Positions 37,601-47,401 are shown, numbered from the stretch's first letter. The stretch: 62,645 nucleotides of DNA from Chitinophagaceae bacterium (GCA_947447005.1 CANFHO010000001.1:1-62645); one strand, 5' to 3'. Notes: generated by a model not told the origin, from the letters alone. Translations and numbers: made by a program.

Positions 37601-38987
37601 AAACAATGAGGATAATAATCTGACTGAAAACGGCAGATTTAATCATCATACCCGTGGAGTGGCTTACTTCCTTGTTCATGTCGGCTTGTGTAACAACTCC
37701 CATTGCCCTAAAATGTTTGGAGTGTGAAAATCTATGTAATATGGCCTCAATCACAATGACAGAACCATCAACAATCAATCCAAAATCGATTGCTCCAAGC
37801 GACATTAAATTTCCTCCAACACCAAATTTATTCATCAGGATGATGGCAAATAACATGGATAATGGAATCACTGAGGATACAATTAATCCGGCTCTTAGAT
37901 TACCCAAGAAAAATACCAAAACGAAAATGACAATGAGTGCTCCTTCCATCAAGTTGGTTTCAACAGTGCTGATTGCATTGTTCACCATTTTGGTTCTATC
38001 AAGGAAAGGTTCAATTACAACACCTTCAGGCATCATTTTTTGAATTTCTGCAATTCTTGCCTTTACTCTTTTGATAACAGCAGAAGAATTTTCACCTTTG
38101 AGCATCATTACAACCGCACCAGCCACTTCGCCTTTGTCATTGTATGTCATTGCACCATATCGAATGGCCGAACCCAACTGAATGGTTGCAACATCTCTCA
38201 TTAGCAAGGGCATGCCATCAGGGAGGTTCTTTACAACAATATTTTGAATATCATTGATTGTTGCTGTAAGTCCCTCGCTCCTGATATATAATACCGTTGG
38301 ACCTTTTTCAATATATGCACCACCTGTATTTTGGTTGTTTTTTTCCAATGCATCAAATACATCTGCTATGGTGATATTGTATGCCTTGAGTTGTCCCTGT
38401 TTAACTGCAATTTCATATTGCTTCAATTTCCCTCCAAAGCTAGCCACCTCAGCCACTCCAGGTGTACCTAACAATTGTCTGCGAACAATCCAGTCCTGCA
38501 GGGTTCTCAACTCCATTGCATCATACTTGCCTTCGAATCCTTCTAATGGGCGAATAATGTATTGATAGATTTCTCCAAGTCCAGTTGAAACAGGCGCTAA
38601 TTCAGGGGATCCAACACCTGGGGGTATATCCCTACTAACCATTTGCAGTTTTTCACTGATTTGTTGACGTGCCCAATAAATATCAGTTTCATCATTGAAT
38701 ACAATCGTTACCAAGGAAAGTCCAAAACGTGAAAAACTCCTTACTTGCTTCAATCCTGAGATACTGCTTACAGATTGTTCAATGGGGAATGTGATCAGTC
38801 TTTCAATATCGGGTGCCCCAAGTGAAGGAGATACTGTGATAACCTGAACCTGGTTATCGGTAATATCAGGCACTGCATCAATCGGTAGTTTTGTTACTTC
38901 AAAAGTACCCCAGCCAATCAGTGCAATCACAAATAAGCCTACAATAAGCTTATTATGCACTGAAAAATCAATTATTTTATTCAGCAT
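34623..38987 (-). CDS. czcA: CusA/CzcA heavy-metal RND pump fused to a C-terminal TolC-like outer-membrane factor
   Basis: Motifs LPIDAVPDIT, GNLMSLGAIDFGLIVDG, EGKMFKPMA, GVAVLNG, RAVLMTA, GGEVQKPLATVVIGG; about 400 extra aa with OEP features (SLKDAIDSALKNN, EKSKLLPNL). Confidence 0.92.
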   Translation of the reverse strand: MLNKIIDFSVHNKLIVGLFVIALIGWGTFEVTKLPIDAVPDITDNQVQVITVSPSLGAPDIERLITFPIEQSVSSISGLKQVRSFSRFGLSLVTIVFNDETDIYWARQQISEKLQMVSRDIPPGVGSPELAPVSTGLGEIYQYIIRPLEGFEGKYDAMELRTLQDWIVRRQLLGTPGVAEVASFGGKLKQYEIAVKQGQLKAYNITIADVFDALEKNNQNTGGAYIEKGPTVLYIRSEGLTATINDIQNIVVKNLPDGMPLLMRDVATIQLGSAIRYGAMTYNDKGEVAGAVVMMLKGENSSAVIKRVKARIAEIQKMMPEGVVIEPFLDRTKMVNNAISTVETNLMEGALIVIFVLVFFLGNLRAGLIVSSVIPLSMLFAIILMNKFGVGGNLMSLGAIDFGLIVDGSVIVIEAILHRFSHSKHFRAMGVVTQADMNKEVSHSTGMMIKSAVFSQIIILIVYIPILSLQGIEGKMFKPMAYTIAFAIFGAFILSITYVPMMAALALKKKISHKMSMADKLMGWLEKKYQPLLHKAFLHPKAIIASTLAIFVAAIFILSRMGGEFMPQLEEGDFAVETRLLTGSNLNNTIKSTQQASKILLKQFPEVEKVVTKIGSAEIPTDPMPFEAGDMMVILKDKKEWTSAKTFPELSAKMTAAMEQIPGITVGFQFPVQMRFNELMTGARQDVVCKIFGENLDTLTQYAHKLNDIMKSVDGAVNIYEETVTGMPQVVVKYNREAMAKYGLNVSDINRVVNTAFAGQIAGQVYEGEKRFDMAVRLEGNSRKSIEDIVNLMIPTVHGTQIPLSTVAGIEEIEGVNQIQREDTKRRIIVGFNVSGRDVQTIVKELQEKVEKQLKLPKTYTIVYGGSFENMTAAKERLSIVVPIALLLIFLLLYFAFNSMKQSLLIYTAIPLSATGGILALWMRDMPFSISAGVGFIALFGVAVLNGILLVSEFNRLKSEGWHDIEKTVIHATSSKLRAVLMTALVPSLGFIPMAISTGAGGEVQKPLATVVIGGLIISTLLTLFVLPVLYILFEKGFGFFKHRAKHGVIISILLAMGMFGQSQSKISLKDAIDSALKNNISISIANTDVEFFKAMRKTNFDVDKTSALIEYGKINSISNDNRFSISQGIQFPTVYKNHGAVNQTQIRISETNVKYRELELVAKIKTVYYQLLILKKRHALLVESDSIYKNFNEKTNQRFKAGDVDVLEKNTAENQQAQIKNQLHALEADYKILLNHFRLLMNSKRQVEPSAEDPLYVISILPETQNIIQNPLVKIQEEMVVLSKQQYKLEKSKLLPNLNAGINSGTIMGWQSTSQTNQQYFGSNKRFNTITAGIGIPIFGSAQKARINASNILIKQREQELDATQLQLKGELENAIELYTRHSQMVNSYHQTMLPNAKSIIQTASQKLNTGEIGYLNWVMLINQAIQINIEYLNTIQSMNDAAFEIERISAIK

Positions 38988-39180
38988 TTTTCCTCTGCTT
39001 TTTCAAAAAGTAATAAAAATAAAAACTGCATTATCCCATCCAACATGTTGGTTGAAATCTTGTACACAATTTAGCGACTCATTGTTTAAAATAATAGACT
39101 AATAAGTAACGAAATATGAACATTTGAATCATGTAGATTCAAGAATCTGATGATATTGAGCAAGTTTAACCTTCGCTTGA

Positions 39181-39495
39181 TTATTTATATTCTTCTCGGG
39201 TAGGACTAAATATATCAATCAATTTACAATCTGTATGTGCAATCGCAGCATGGACCGTATTTGATGGAATTACATGAATTGTTCCTGGTTTCAAAATGAT
39301 TTTCTCCTGTCCAATCAGCATCTCAAGTTCACCTTCCAATACCATGGTTATTTGTTCATGTGGATGGGAATGAGCTCCCATATCACTTCCTTTTTTGATT
39401 TCAATCACGCCAAAGGTCGATTTTTCGCCATGAACATATTTACCCAGGATTCCTTCGGTTAGTGATTTTGCTTGAATGTCGTTTAGATGTGGCAT
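39181..39495 (-). CDS. Cupin_2 domain protein
   Basis: Motifs HSHPHEQ, VLEGEL, IPSNTVH, DIFSPTREEY. Confidence 0.88.
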   Translation of the reverse strand: MPHLNDIQAKSLTEGILGKYVHGEKSTFGVIEIKKGSDMGAHSHPHEQITMVLEGELEMLIGQEKIILKPGTIHVIPSNTVHAAIAHTDCKLIDIFSPTREEYK

Positions 39496-39504
39496 ATTAT
39501 TTTT

Positions 39505-40698
39505 TTATTGTTCAAAAAAGGCAACACTTCCTCCAACCCAATCTTTGTCTTTATTATATCGAGTGCCAATCATTTTGCCCTTGCTGAGGCGGGCTAAATT
39601 GGTTAACAAGATGGGTCTTTTATCACCATCTTTCCATGTATACATTAAACGTATCTCCACTTTGGCAGGATTATCAGGTGTTTCAATGCATTCTGCATAG
39701 CTGACTTTTTTCTGAAGGATCCAATTTTGAGGATCTTTGATATCCAGGAGATCTTCTTTTTTCAAATCAATGATTACACCTTGTCCTGCAAACGAAAATA
39801 GGGGTTTCAATACATATTCATGAAGATTTTCAGGAAGCTGTTGTATCTCACTTAGGAATCTTGTTTTTGGAATTGAACGGTGCTCCAGGAATGGCAACGT
39901 GAATTTAGAAATCCTGTAAAACCAATTAGGATGTGTAATCCATTCGACATCAAATTTTTTTCTGATGTCAACACATGTTCCCAATTCTTCTTTCATTGCA
40001 TGAAGTTCATCAAAAATAATCCTGTTATAAATCCGCTTGATATGTTGTTTTTGCCCATTCAGCATATAAAATAATGCATTGTTTTCTTCCATCAATTCGG
40101 TGATGCATATTGGCTGAATGCCAAAATAGGACTGGGTGCAATAAAAATCAATCCTGGTTTTTTGATGATTGGGTTTGATTTCAAGTAGAATGACTTCTTC
40201 CGGCTTTGCATCACCCAGAATAAGTTCTTTTAATTCCTGGATGTATGTGTTTTTATCAAAACCGTTGAAATAGTTTGAAAATTGTTGAGGGATAGTAAAA
40301 TGCTTTTGAAGTATTTCAGGATAATAAGCCTGAAATGCAAATAGGGTAGGGAAGCCCTGTATTTCAATCAATGCAGGCATGTAGTTTCCATCATCATTGA
40401 GGCAAATACCAAAATCAAATGCCATAAAATGCGGATGAGCGTTTTCATTTGCAACTCGGTCATCTGTAGGGATGGCATTTTCAGTAAGTTTAATAAAATC
40501 GGCCCCAAGAATTTTATCGATGATGTATTCACATGTTTCAATCATCTCATCCCCTAACTGCTTATTTATAAACACAGGTGTTTCTGCTATTCTGAAATCA
40601 AGTGCCCCAGGAAAATCATTATGTATCTCATCCAGAAATGATTGATATTTTTCTGTTGTGAAGGATTTATTGAATGATTTTCTGATTGCAGGAACCAT
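39505..40698 (-). CDS. Uncharacterised ATP-grasp-like ligase (circularly permuted / glutathionylspermidine-synthase-like)
   Basis: Motifs FMAFDF, LIEIQGFP, WFYRISKF, YVLKPLFSFAGQGV, WILQKKV, VEIR. Confidence 0.65.
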   Translation of the reverse strand: MVPAIRKSFNKSFTTEKYQSFLDEIHNDFPGALDFRIAETPVFINKQLGDEMIETCEYIIDKILGADFIKLTENAIPTDDRVANENAHPHFMAFDFGICLNDDGNYMPALIEIQGFPTLFAFQAYYPEILQKHFTIPQQFSNYFNGFDKNTYIQELKELILGDAKPEEVILLEIKPNHQKTRIDFYCTQSYFGIQPICITELMEENNALFYMLNGQKQHIKRIYNRIIFDELHAMKEELGTCVDIRKKFDVEWITHPNWFYRISKFTLPFLEHRSIPKTRFLSEIQQLPENLHEYVLKPLFSFAGQGVIIDLKKEDLLDIKDPQNWILQKKVSYAECIETPDNPAKVEIRLMYTWKDGDKRPILLTNLARLSKGKMIGTRYNKDKDWVGGSVAFFEQ

Positions 40699-40700
40699 CG

Positions 40701-41549
40701 TTATATACCTTTGTGATTTATAATATTTGACACTGCGAATTTCATGAAATTAGGCAGAATATGTCTGTTTGTCATTTGAATTTTATCGGGGTCATTCAGA
40801 TGTTGAATCATCGATTCCCATTTTTCAATACCATGATTGTCTATAATCGTTTTCTTTTTGTCTTCACGCATCAGGTACATACTCATCCCTTTGGCATCTG
40901 CTTCCGGATGAAACTGGGTTCCGATCATATATGGATTGAATCGGATGGCCATTGCTGCTCTTTCAAGGGGAACATGTGGTCTTTCTTTTTCCAGGCACAA
41001 TAACCCGCCTTGCATGTCAGATAATTTATTTTGATCGGTCTGCAAAACCTGGTAGTCGCGGCTATCTACACAGTAAAAAGGGTCATTCAGACCATCGAAA
41101 ATCATTTCATCTTTAACATCTGCCAATTGATGCAAAGGGAATATGCCAAATGCCGTAGATTTTCTTTTTATAATTTGTCCAATACCAAAAAAACGACATG
41201 CCAATTGGAATGAATGGCAGATAAAAAACACATGTTTTTTCTCGGTGTTATATGGGGATTCGTTCCAGGAAACCAATTGACTCAGCAAATCAAAATATGC
41301 ATTTTCCCAATCAGTGCCTTCACTATCCAATGGGTTGCCTGGGCCTCCAGTAGAAATATAAATGTCATATCCCAGGTCTGGAAGATTGAACTTAGATCTT
41401 ACATCGAATTCATCCCAAATAATGTTGTTTTGAATGGGATGATTGAACTCCTTCAAGATTTCTCTGATGCATCTCATCCCTTCATTTGCAACTCCTTCAT
41501 AAAGATCGAGTATGGCAACCCTGATGGGATGTTCCATTGTTCTTTTCAT
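40701..41549 (-). CDS. Class I glutamine amidotransferase-like protein
   Basis: ISTGGPG oxyanion motif, FICHSFQ nucleophile Cys, TQFHPE His-Glu. Confidence 0.85.
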   Translation of the reverse strand: MKRTMEHPIRVAILDLYEGVANEGMRCIREILKEFNHPIQNNIIWDEFDVRSKFNLPDLGYDIYISTGGPGNPLDSEGTDWENAYFDLLSQLVSWNESPYNTEKKHVFFICHSFQLACRFFGIGQIIKRKSTAFGIFPLHQLADVKDEMIFDGLNDPFYCVDSRDYQVLQTDQNKLSDMQGGLLCLEKERPHVPLERAAMAIRFNPYMIGTQFHPEADAKGMSMYLMREDKKKTIIDNHGIEKWESMIQHLNDPDKIQMTNRHILPNFMKFAVSNIINHKGI

Positions 41550-41587
41550 ACTGCAAAGTTAACTCAAATCTGCTATCAGTGGAGGGC

Positions 41588-42694
41588 TTAGGGTGTTGAT
41601 AAAAATTGCGATTCAATATAAGAGCTCACGTCAAAAAGACTGTTGTTTTTTTCATACGTCGCCAATTGTCTGTCTGCGCCTGTACCTTTTTCAAGTATTA
41701 AAGGAATGGTTTTCAGCGCTTCTCTGCATCCTAATTCATCAACAACATCATCAATAAAATCCAAAAGCTCCAATATCAATGATCTTGTATTGATTTCCTG
41801 TTCTTTTCCAAAATCAATCAGCTTATCATCGATTCCATAGCGAGAAGCACGCCATTTGTTTTCATTAACCAGTGCACGTGGGTATATCATGAAATTGAGG
41901 TTCTTTGATCTGAGCTTGAAAAGCTTTGCACAAATGCATTGGAAGAGTGCGGCAAATGCAACACTTTCATCTGCCGTGAGGGGTACATCACAGATCCTGA
42001 ATTCAACTGTACCATAAAATGGATGTACACGCAGATCCCACCATATTTTTTTTGCATTATCGATGCAATTCGTTTTGATTAAAAGATTCACATAGCTTTC
42101 ATAGGCACTATAGCTATCAAAATAATCAGGGATGCCTGTTCTTGGAAATTTATCAAAGACTTTTGTACGATATGACTTAAACCCTGTTTTTCTACCTTCC
42201 CAAAAAGGTGAATTGGTGCTCAATGCAAATACATGGGGGAGAAAATATCTGGCGGAGTTGGCAATATGAATTGCCATTTCTTTGGATGGCATTCCTACAT
42301 GAACATGAAGTCCAAATATGAGATTAGACCTTGCTGCATCCTGCATTTCATTCACAATTTCCTGATATCTTACGTGGTCTGTGATCAGCTGTTTTTGCCA
42401 GGTACTTGAAGGATGGGTGCCGGATGCGGCAATGCTGAATCCCAGTCCTGTAGCTACTTCTTTAATGGTCTTGCGAAGATTGGTGATGTCTTTTCGGGCT
42501 TCTTCTACATCTGCACATACATCCGTTCCAACTTCCACAACAGCCTGATGCATTTCCGCTTTTACTTTTTCGCTGATGATTTTTTGTCCTTCGAGTACAA
42601 TCTTTTGTTCGTGACTGGAAAGTTCTTTGGTGTTTGGGTCAATCACCATGTATTCTTCTTCAATACCAACGGTGAAAATTTTATAGTTAATCAT
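41588..42694 (-). CDS. ybdK: YbdK-family carboxylate-amine ligase (glutamate--cysteine ligase 2)
   Basis: Start reassigned to MINYK (42694); motifs TVGIEEEY, ASGTHP, GLHVHVG, NSPFWEG, WWDLR, TVEFRICD. Confidence 0.9.
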   Translation of the reverse strand: MINYKIFTVGIEEEYMVIDPNTKELSSHEQKIVLEGQKIISEKVKAEMHQAVVEVGTDVCADVEEARKDITNLRKTIKEVATGLGFSIAASGTHPSSTWQKQLITDHVRYQEIVNEMQDAARSNLIFGLHVHVGMPSKEMAIHIANSARYFLPHVFALSTNSPFWEGRKTGFKSYRTKVFDKFPRTGIPDYFDSYSAYESYVNLLIKTNCIDNAKKIWWDLRVHPFYGTVEFRICDVPLTADESVAFAALFQCICAKLFKLRSKNLNFMIYPRALVNENKWRASRYGIDDKLIDFGKEQEINTRSLILELLDFIDDVVDELGCREALKTIPLILEKGTGADRQLATYEKNNSLFDVSSYIESQFLSTP

Positions 42695-42710
42695 GGCAAG
42701 CAATTTAATT

Positions 42711-43667
42711 TCATTGGAGAAGTTTACCCTGTACGCTTGTAGCAACATAATCTCCCCAGCTTAAGCTATCCTTTCCTTTTTTCATCTGTTCGGCAACTTC
42801 AATAGCATAGTTTGCTGTGGTTTCAACTACCCATTCAAAATTATTTTTTCCAACACTCTGCAAATCTGCATCAGGTGCAGGGTTACAGAAATCAATGGCG
42901 TATGGAATTCCATCTCTTATAGCCAATTCAACTGTATTGAATTCATACCCTAAATAATTATTTATTTTCAGGACAATCTCTTCCATGGTCTTTAGCAACT
43001 CAGCGGAAGGATTGTGATTGGCCACATATCTCAAATGGTGTGGATTTCGGGGTTCGTACGGCATGATATGAACATGCTTTCTTCCTATGCAATAGCACCT
43101 GTAGTATTCTTCAAATACAATTTCCTCTTGCAAAAGCATTACAAGCTGACCAGTTTGCTTATGTTTTTCAAAAAAATCTTCTGCAGAATCTATCCGATAT
43201 ACATTCTTCCAACCACCACCAGCAAAAGGTTTCATATACGCTGGGAATCCAACATAGTTGAATATTCCCTCCCAATCCAATGGGTATGTCAGATTGCTGA
43301 AAGATGCTTCAGAAGTATCGTCGGGCAATTGATTAGATGGCAAAATAACTGTTTTGGGAACCGGTACTCCAATTTTAGTAGCCAATGCATTGTTGAAAAA
43401 TTTTTCATCTGCACTAAACCAAAAGGGATTGTTGATTATTGCAGTTCCGCTTATAGCTGCATTTTTAAGAAAAGCCCTGTAAAATGGAACATCTTGCGAA
43501 ATACGGTCTATGATAACTGCATATCCTGAATGCTCGCCCTGCATCACTTTGTCAATCTGCACTGCTTCTGCCATTATCCCTTTTTTATTTTTTTCATTCA
43601 CCCGTTGAATAAAAGCTTCAGGGAAAGATCTTTCCTTGCCAAAAAGGATGCCTATTTTCTTGATCAT
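42711..43667 (-). CDS. RimK/GshB-like ATP-grasp protein
   Basis: Motifs IIDRIS, INNPF, DEKF, PVPKT, YMKPFAGGGWKNV, LLQEEI, NTVELA, IDFCNPAPD. Confidence 0.8.
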   Translation of the reverse strand: MIKKIGILFGKERSFPEAFIQRVNEKNKKGIMAEAVQIDKVMQGEHSGYAVIIDRISQDVPFYRAFLKNAAISGTAIINNPFWFSADEKFFNNALATKIGVPVPKTVILPSNQLPDDTSEASFSNLTYPLDWEGIFNYVGFPAYMKPFAGGGWKNVYRIDSAEDFFEKHKQTGQLVMLLQEEIVFEEYYRCYCIGRKHVHIMPYEPRNPHHLRYVANHNPSAELLKTMEEIVLKINNYLGYEFNTVELAIRDGIPYAIDFCNPAPDADLQSVGKNNFEWVVETTANYAIEVAEQMKKGKDSLSWGDYVATSVQGKLLQ

Positions 43668-43749
43668 ATTTGCAAGATTGGTACTTTTAAAGATAGCGTA
43701 TTTTTCGATATCCCAAATCCGATTGATGATCTTCAGTTTTTAAGTCAGT

Positions 43750-44649
43750 ATGCTAAAAAAAGGTATATTCGACCCAGTTATGAAAGAAAATGAAGTGAAT
43801 CAATTTGGTTTTTATGAAAACAGTGTAATCACTAAAATTCAGTCACAGTTGATAGATATACATCATAACAAGTTCTTCAGTAAATACCTGTCCAGGGATG
43901 TTATATATGACATCTATTTGCCCAGATATGCTCAACATCATCATAAATTATCTTTATTGCTGATTAACGATGGACAAGACTTAGCATTGATGCACTTCAA
44001 TAAAACGCTGGAAGCTGCATTTGAAAAAAATGAAGTTCATGATTTAGTTTCTGTTGGTATATATGCAGGTGATGATAGAAGATTTGAATATGGAGTGATG
44101 GGGCACCCAGATTTTATGAACAGGGGAAATAAGGCTGATGCATATTCAAAATTTATTTTAGAAGAACTGATCCCTGAAATTGTAAAGCAATTGGCAATCT
44201 CAAAATTTGTACACCAGTATTTTCTTGGGTTCTCATTAGGTGGATTATCTGCTTTTGATATTGCATTGTGCAATCCAACAATTTTTAGTGCAGTTGGGGT
44301 ATTCAGTGGATCTTTTTGGTGGCGCTCACAAGATATTGATGCATCATATCATGATGATGTACATCGTATCATGCATGCAAAAATCAGAAAATTTAAATCT
44401 AATAAAAATGCACGTTTCTTTTTTGAAGCAGGTGGAAAAGATGAAAAGGCGGATAGAAATAAAAATGGTATCATCGATTCAATCGACGATACCATGGATA
44501 TTATAAAAGAGTTGAAAAAAATCGGGTATGATGAAGAGAGACAAATTCACTACCTCGAGCTTCCCGAAGGCGAGCACAACCAAGCAACTTGGGCAGAAGT
44601 AATGCCCGTTTTCTTAAGTTGGCTATTTTCGGAAAAGAATCCTTATTGA
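43750..44649 (+). CDS. Alpha/beta hydrolase, putative esterase (Fes/IroE-like)
   Basis: Motifs DIYLP, LLINDGQD, GFSLGG nucleophile elbow, FSGSFWW, EGEHN; possible start at 43780. Confidence 0.85.
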   Translation: MLKKGIFDPVMKENEVNQFGFYENSVITKIQSQLIDIHHNKFFSKYLSRDVIYDIYLPRYAQHHHKLSLLLINDGQDLALMHFNKTLEAAFEKNEVHDLVSVGIYAGDDRRFEYGVMGHPDFMNRGNKADAYSKFILEELIPEIVKQLAISKFVHQYFLGFSLGGLSAFDIALCNPTIFSAVGVFSGSFWWRSQDIDASYHDDVHRIMHAKIRKFKSNKNARFFFEAGGKDEKADRNKNGIIDSIDDTMDIIKELKKIGYDEERQIHYLELPEGEHNQATWAEVMPVFLSWLFSEKNPY

Positions 44650-45152
44650 ACTTTGAAACCTACTTCAAGGTTTTCCCATCTGATAAATACCTTGCTGTTT
44701 GCAACCGACAATGACAAAGCTTCATTGAAAGAATCAGATTTAGAAGATTTTACCTTTACCCTCAATACATCATCTTCTTGTTTATAGCTGAATGAACCCC
44801 ATTGCTTTGCGGTTTTGTTGAAGATGATCGTCCATTCGCCATTTTCCTCAGGAATAGAAAATAAGCTGTATTTGCCTTTTGCCAAAGCCTGTCCTTCAAC
44901 TTTTAGATCTGCATCTACCTCAAATGTAGTTGCATCATTTGCGCCTGTTCTCCAAACTTTACCATAGGGAACTAGTTCACCCCAAATTTTTCTGCCTTTT
45001 ACAGAAGGAGCACTATAATTGATAGTGATAGTTGCTTTACCTGCTTTGCCAGTTGCAGATGCTGCAGGACTTGCTTTTTTCTCTTGTGCAGAAGAAGTAA
45101 GCGTTAAAATCGTAGCACCAATTAGAAGCGTGAGTTGGAATATTCTTTTCAT
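44643..45152 (-). CDS. DUF2911 domain protein, exported
   Basis: Motifs ASP, YSAPSVKGRKIWGELVPYGKVWRTGAN, GKYSLFSIP, WTIIFN. Confidence 0.9.
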   Translation of the reverse strand: MKRIFQLTLLIGATILTLTSSAQEKKASPAASATGKAGKATITINYSAPSVKGRKIWGELVPYGKVWRTGANDATTFEVDADLKVEGQALAKGKYSLFSIPEENGEWTIIFNKTAKQWGSFSYKQEDDVLRVKVKSSKSDSFNEALSLSVANSKVFIRWENLEVGFKVQ

Positions 45153-45163
45153 ATATGTTTGTT

Positions 45164-45880
45164 TTAATGCAATTGCCGTTTATAAAGTTGTATGGTGTTT
45201 TCAAATCCTAAATACAAGGCATCACAAATCAATGCATGCCCGATACTTACTTCACTAAGATAAGGAATGTTTTTCTTAAGAAATCCCAAATTATGAAGAT
45301 CTAGGTCATGACCTGCATTGATTCCCATTCCTGATTCTTGTGCTGCTTTTGCAGCAATGATATATGGTGCAATAGCTCTGTCAGGCGAACTAAAATATTC
45401 ACGGGCATAGCCTTCTGTATACAATTCAATCCTGTCTGTCCCGGTTAATGCAGCTCCTTCAACCATTCTGGGATCAGGGTCGCAAAAAATACTGGTTCGA
45501 ATTCCGGCAGATTTAAAAATCCGAATCATGTCAGTTAAATAGGATTTGTGTTTAACTGTATCCCAGCCATGATCTGAAGTTAGTTGTCCCTCGGCATCAG
45601 GTACCAAAGTTACTTGTGCCGGCTTTACTTCAAGTACGAGTTGAACAAACTTTTCTTCGCTGCAATTCCCTTCAATATTAAATTCAGTGGTTAAGACCTT
45701 TTTGAGGTCCCTCACATCTTTGTATCGGATATGTCTTTCATCTGGTCTGGGATGAACCGTAATGCCATCAGCACCAAATTTTTCAGCATCCAAAGCCATT
45801 TTAATCAAGTCGGGGTTGTTGCCTCCCCTGCTATTTCGAATGGTTGCGAGTTTGTTTATATTGACAGAAAGGGTAGTCAT
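45164..45880 (-). CDS. pdxJ: Pyridoxine 5'-phosphate synthase
   Basis: Motifs LSVNINK, ITVHPRPDERHI, NIEG, TLVPD, IELYT, NAGHDL, EVSIGHALI. Confidence 0.96.
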   Translation of the reverse strand: MTTLSVNINKLATIRNSRGGNNPDLIKMALDAEKFGADGITVHPRPDERHIRYKDVRDLKKVLTTEFNIEGNCSEEKFVQLVLEVKPAQVTLVPDAEGQLTSDHGWDTVKHKSYLTDMIRIFKSAGIRTSIFCDPDPRMVEGAALTGTDRIELYTEGYAREYFSSPDRAIAPYIIAAKAAQESGMGINAGHDLDLHNLGFLKKNIPYLSEVSIGHALICDALYLGFENTIQLYKRQLH

Positions 45881-45960
45881 AAAGATGTATGGGAAAACAT
45901 GAAAAATGAAATTTGTACTTTTTTGCTTCCTAAAGTTCGTAAAATTAAAGTTCCTGATGG

Positions 45961-45993
45961 AAAAAAGAAAGGAGCAAATAGATGCTCCTTTCT
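45961..45993 (-). terminator. Intrinsic terminator after ahcY
   Basis: AGAAAGGAGCA-AATAGA-TGCTCCTTTCT with a flanking A-run. Confidence 0.75.
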
Positions 45994-46054
45994 GTGTTTT
46001 TAAAATTATAATGTAAACTCACTTTTATTCCATCTCACGTATTCCTAATCTTGA

Positions 46055-47383
46055 TTAGTATCTGTAAAGATCAGATTTGAATGGACCAGCTTGTGGAATA
46101 CCCAGGTATTCAGCCTGCTCTGTAGTCAACTCATCCAATACTACACCAATTTTGGCGAGGTGAAGCCTTGCTACTTTCTCATCCAAATGTTTTGGAAGTA
46201 CGTACACATTCTTGTCATAGTTAGCATGGTTTGTCCACAACTCAATCTGAGCCAATGTTTGGTTGGTAAATGAGTTACTCATTACAAAGCTTGGGTGACC
46301 AGTTGCACAACCCAGGTTAACCAATCTGCCTTCAGCAAGAAGGATGATGTCCTTACCATCAATATTGTATATATCAACCTGTGGCTTGACTGTATCCTTT
46401 GTACTACCATAGTTTTCATTCAACCATGCTACATCAATTTCAATATCAAAGTGACCGATATTACACACAATGGCTTTGTCTTTCATTGCCTTGAAGTGAA
46501 CGCCTGTGATGAGGTCGCGACAACCAGAAGCGGTAACGACGATGTCTGCTTCTTTCACGGCATCAATCATTTTTTTCACTTCGAAGCCATCCATTGCAGC
46601 TTGAAGGGCGCAGATTGGATCGATTTCAGTAACGATCACGCGACAACCAGCACCGGCCAAAGAAGCTGCAGAACCTTTTCCTACATCACCATAACCACCT
46701 ACAACTGCCACTTTACCAGCAAGCATAACGTCGGTTGCCCTTCTGATGGCATCAACCAATGATTCCTTACAACCGTATTTGTTATCAAATTTAGATTTGG
46801 TAACACTGTCGTTCACATTGATTGCTGGCATAGGAAGGGTTCCTTTCGCAACACGCTCATACAACCTGTGAACACCTGTAGTTGTTTCTTCTGAAATACC
46901 TTTTACGTTAGGTATGAGTTCAGGATATTTATCAAGCACGATGTTGGTAAGATCTCCACCATCATCCAAGATCATATTCAATGGCTTGTCGGCGCTGCCA
47001 AAGAACAATGTTTGCTCAATACACCAATCAGCTTCTTCAATGCTTTGACCTTTCCATGCAAAAACACCGATACCCGCAGCAGCAATCGCAGCAGCAGCAT
47101 GATCTTGTGTTGAGAAGATATTACAAGAGCTCCATTTTACTTCAGCACCAAGAGCAACCAAGGTCTCGATCAAAACCGCTGTTTGAATGGTCATGTGCAG
47201 ACAACCTGCGATGCGGGCACCTTTCAATGGTTGTGATGCTCCATATTCCGCACGAAGTGCCATCAAACCTGGCATTTCGGCTTCAGCAAGCCTTATTTCT
47301 TTTCTTCCCCATTCTGCGAGGGATAGATCTTTTACCTTATTGGGGAGACTAAAATCAATGTTAACGTTCTGTAAAGTTGACAT
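46055..47383 (-). CDS. ahcY: Adenosylhomocysteinase
   Basis: Motifs [66 protein letters not shown]. Confidence 0.98.
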   Translation of the reverse strand: MSTLQNVNIDFSLPNKVKDLSLAEWGRKEIRLAEAEMPGLMALRAEYGASQPLKGARIAGCLHMTIQTAVLIETLVALGAEVKWSSCNIFSTQDHAAAAIAAAGIGVFAWKGQSIEEADWCIEQTLFFGSADKPLNMILDDGGDLTNIVLDKYPELIPNVKGISEETTTGVHRLYERVAKGTLPMPAINVNDSVTKSKFDNKYGCKESLVDAIRRATDVMLAGKVAVVGGYGDVGKGSAASLAGAGCRVIVTEIDPICALQAAMDGFEVKKMIDAVKEADIVVTASGCRDLITGVHFKAMKDKAIVCNIGHFDIEIDVAWLNENYGSTKDTVKPQVDIYNIDGKDIILLAEGRLVNLGCATGHPSFVMSNSFTNQTLAQIELWTNHANYDKNVYVLPKHLDEKVARLHLAKIGVVLDELTTEQAEYLGIPQAGPFKSDLYRY

Positions 47384-47401
47384 GGTGTATTAAAATTTCG
47401 G

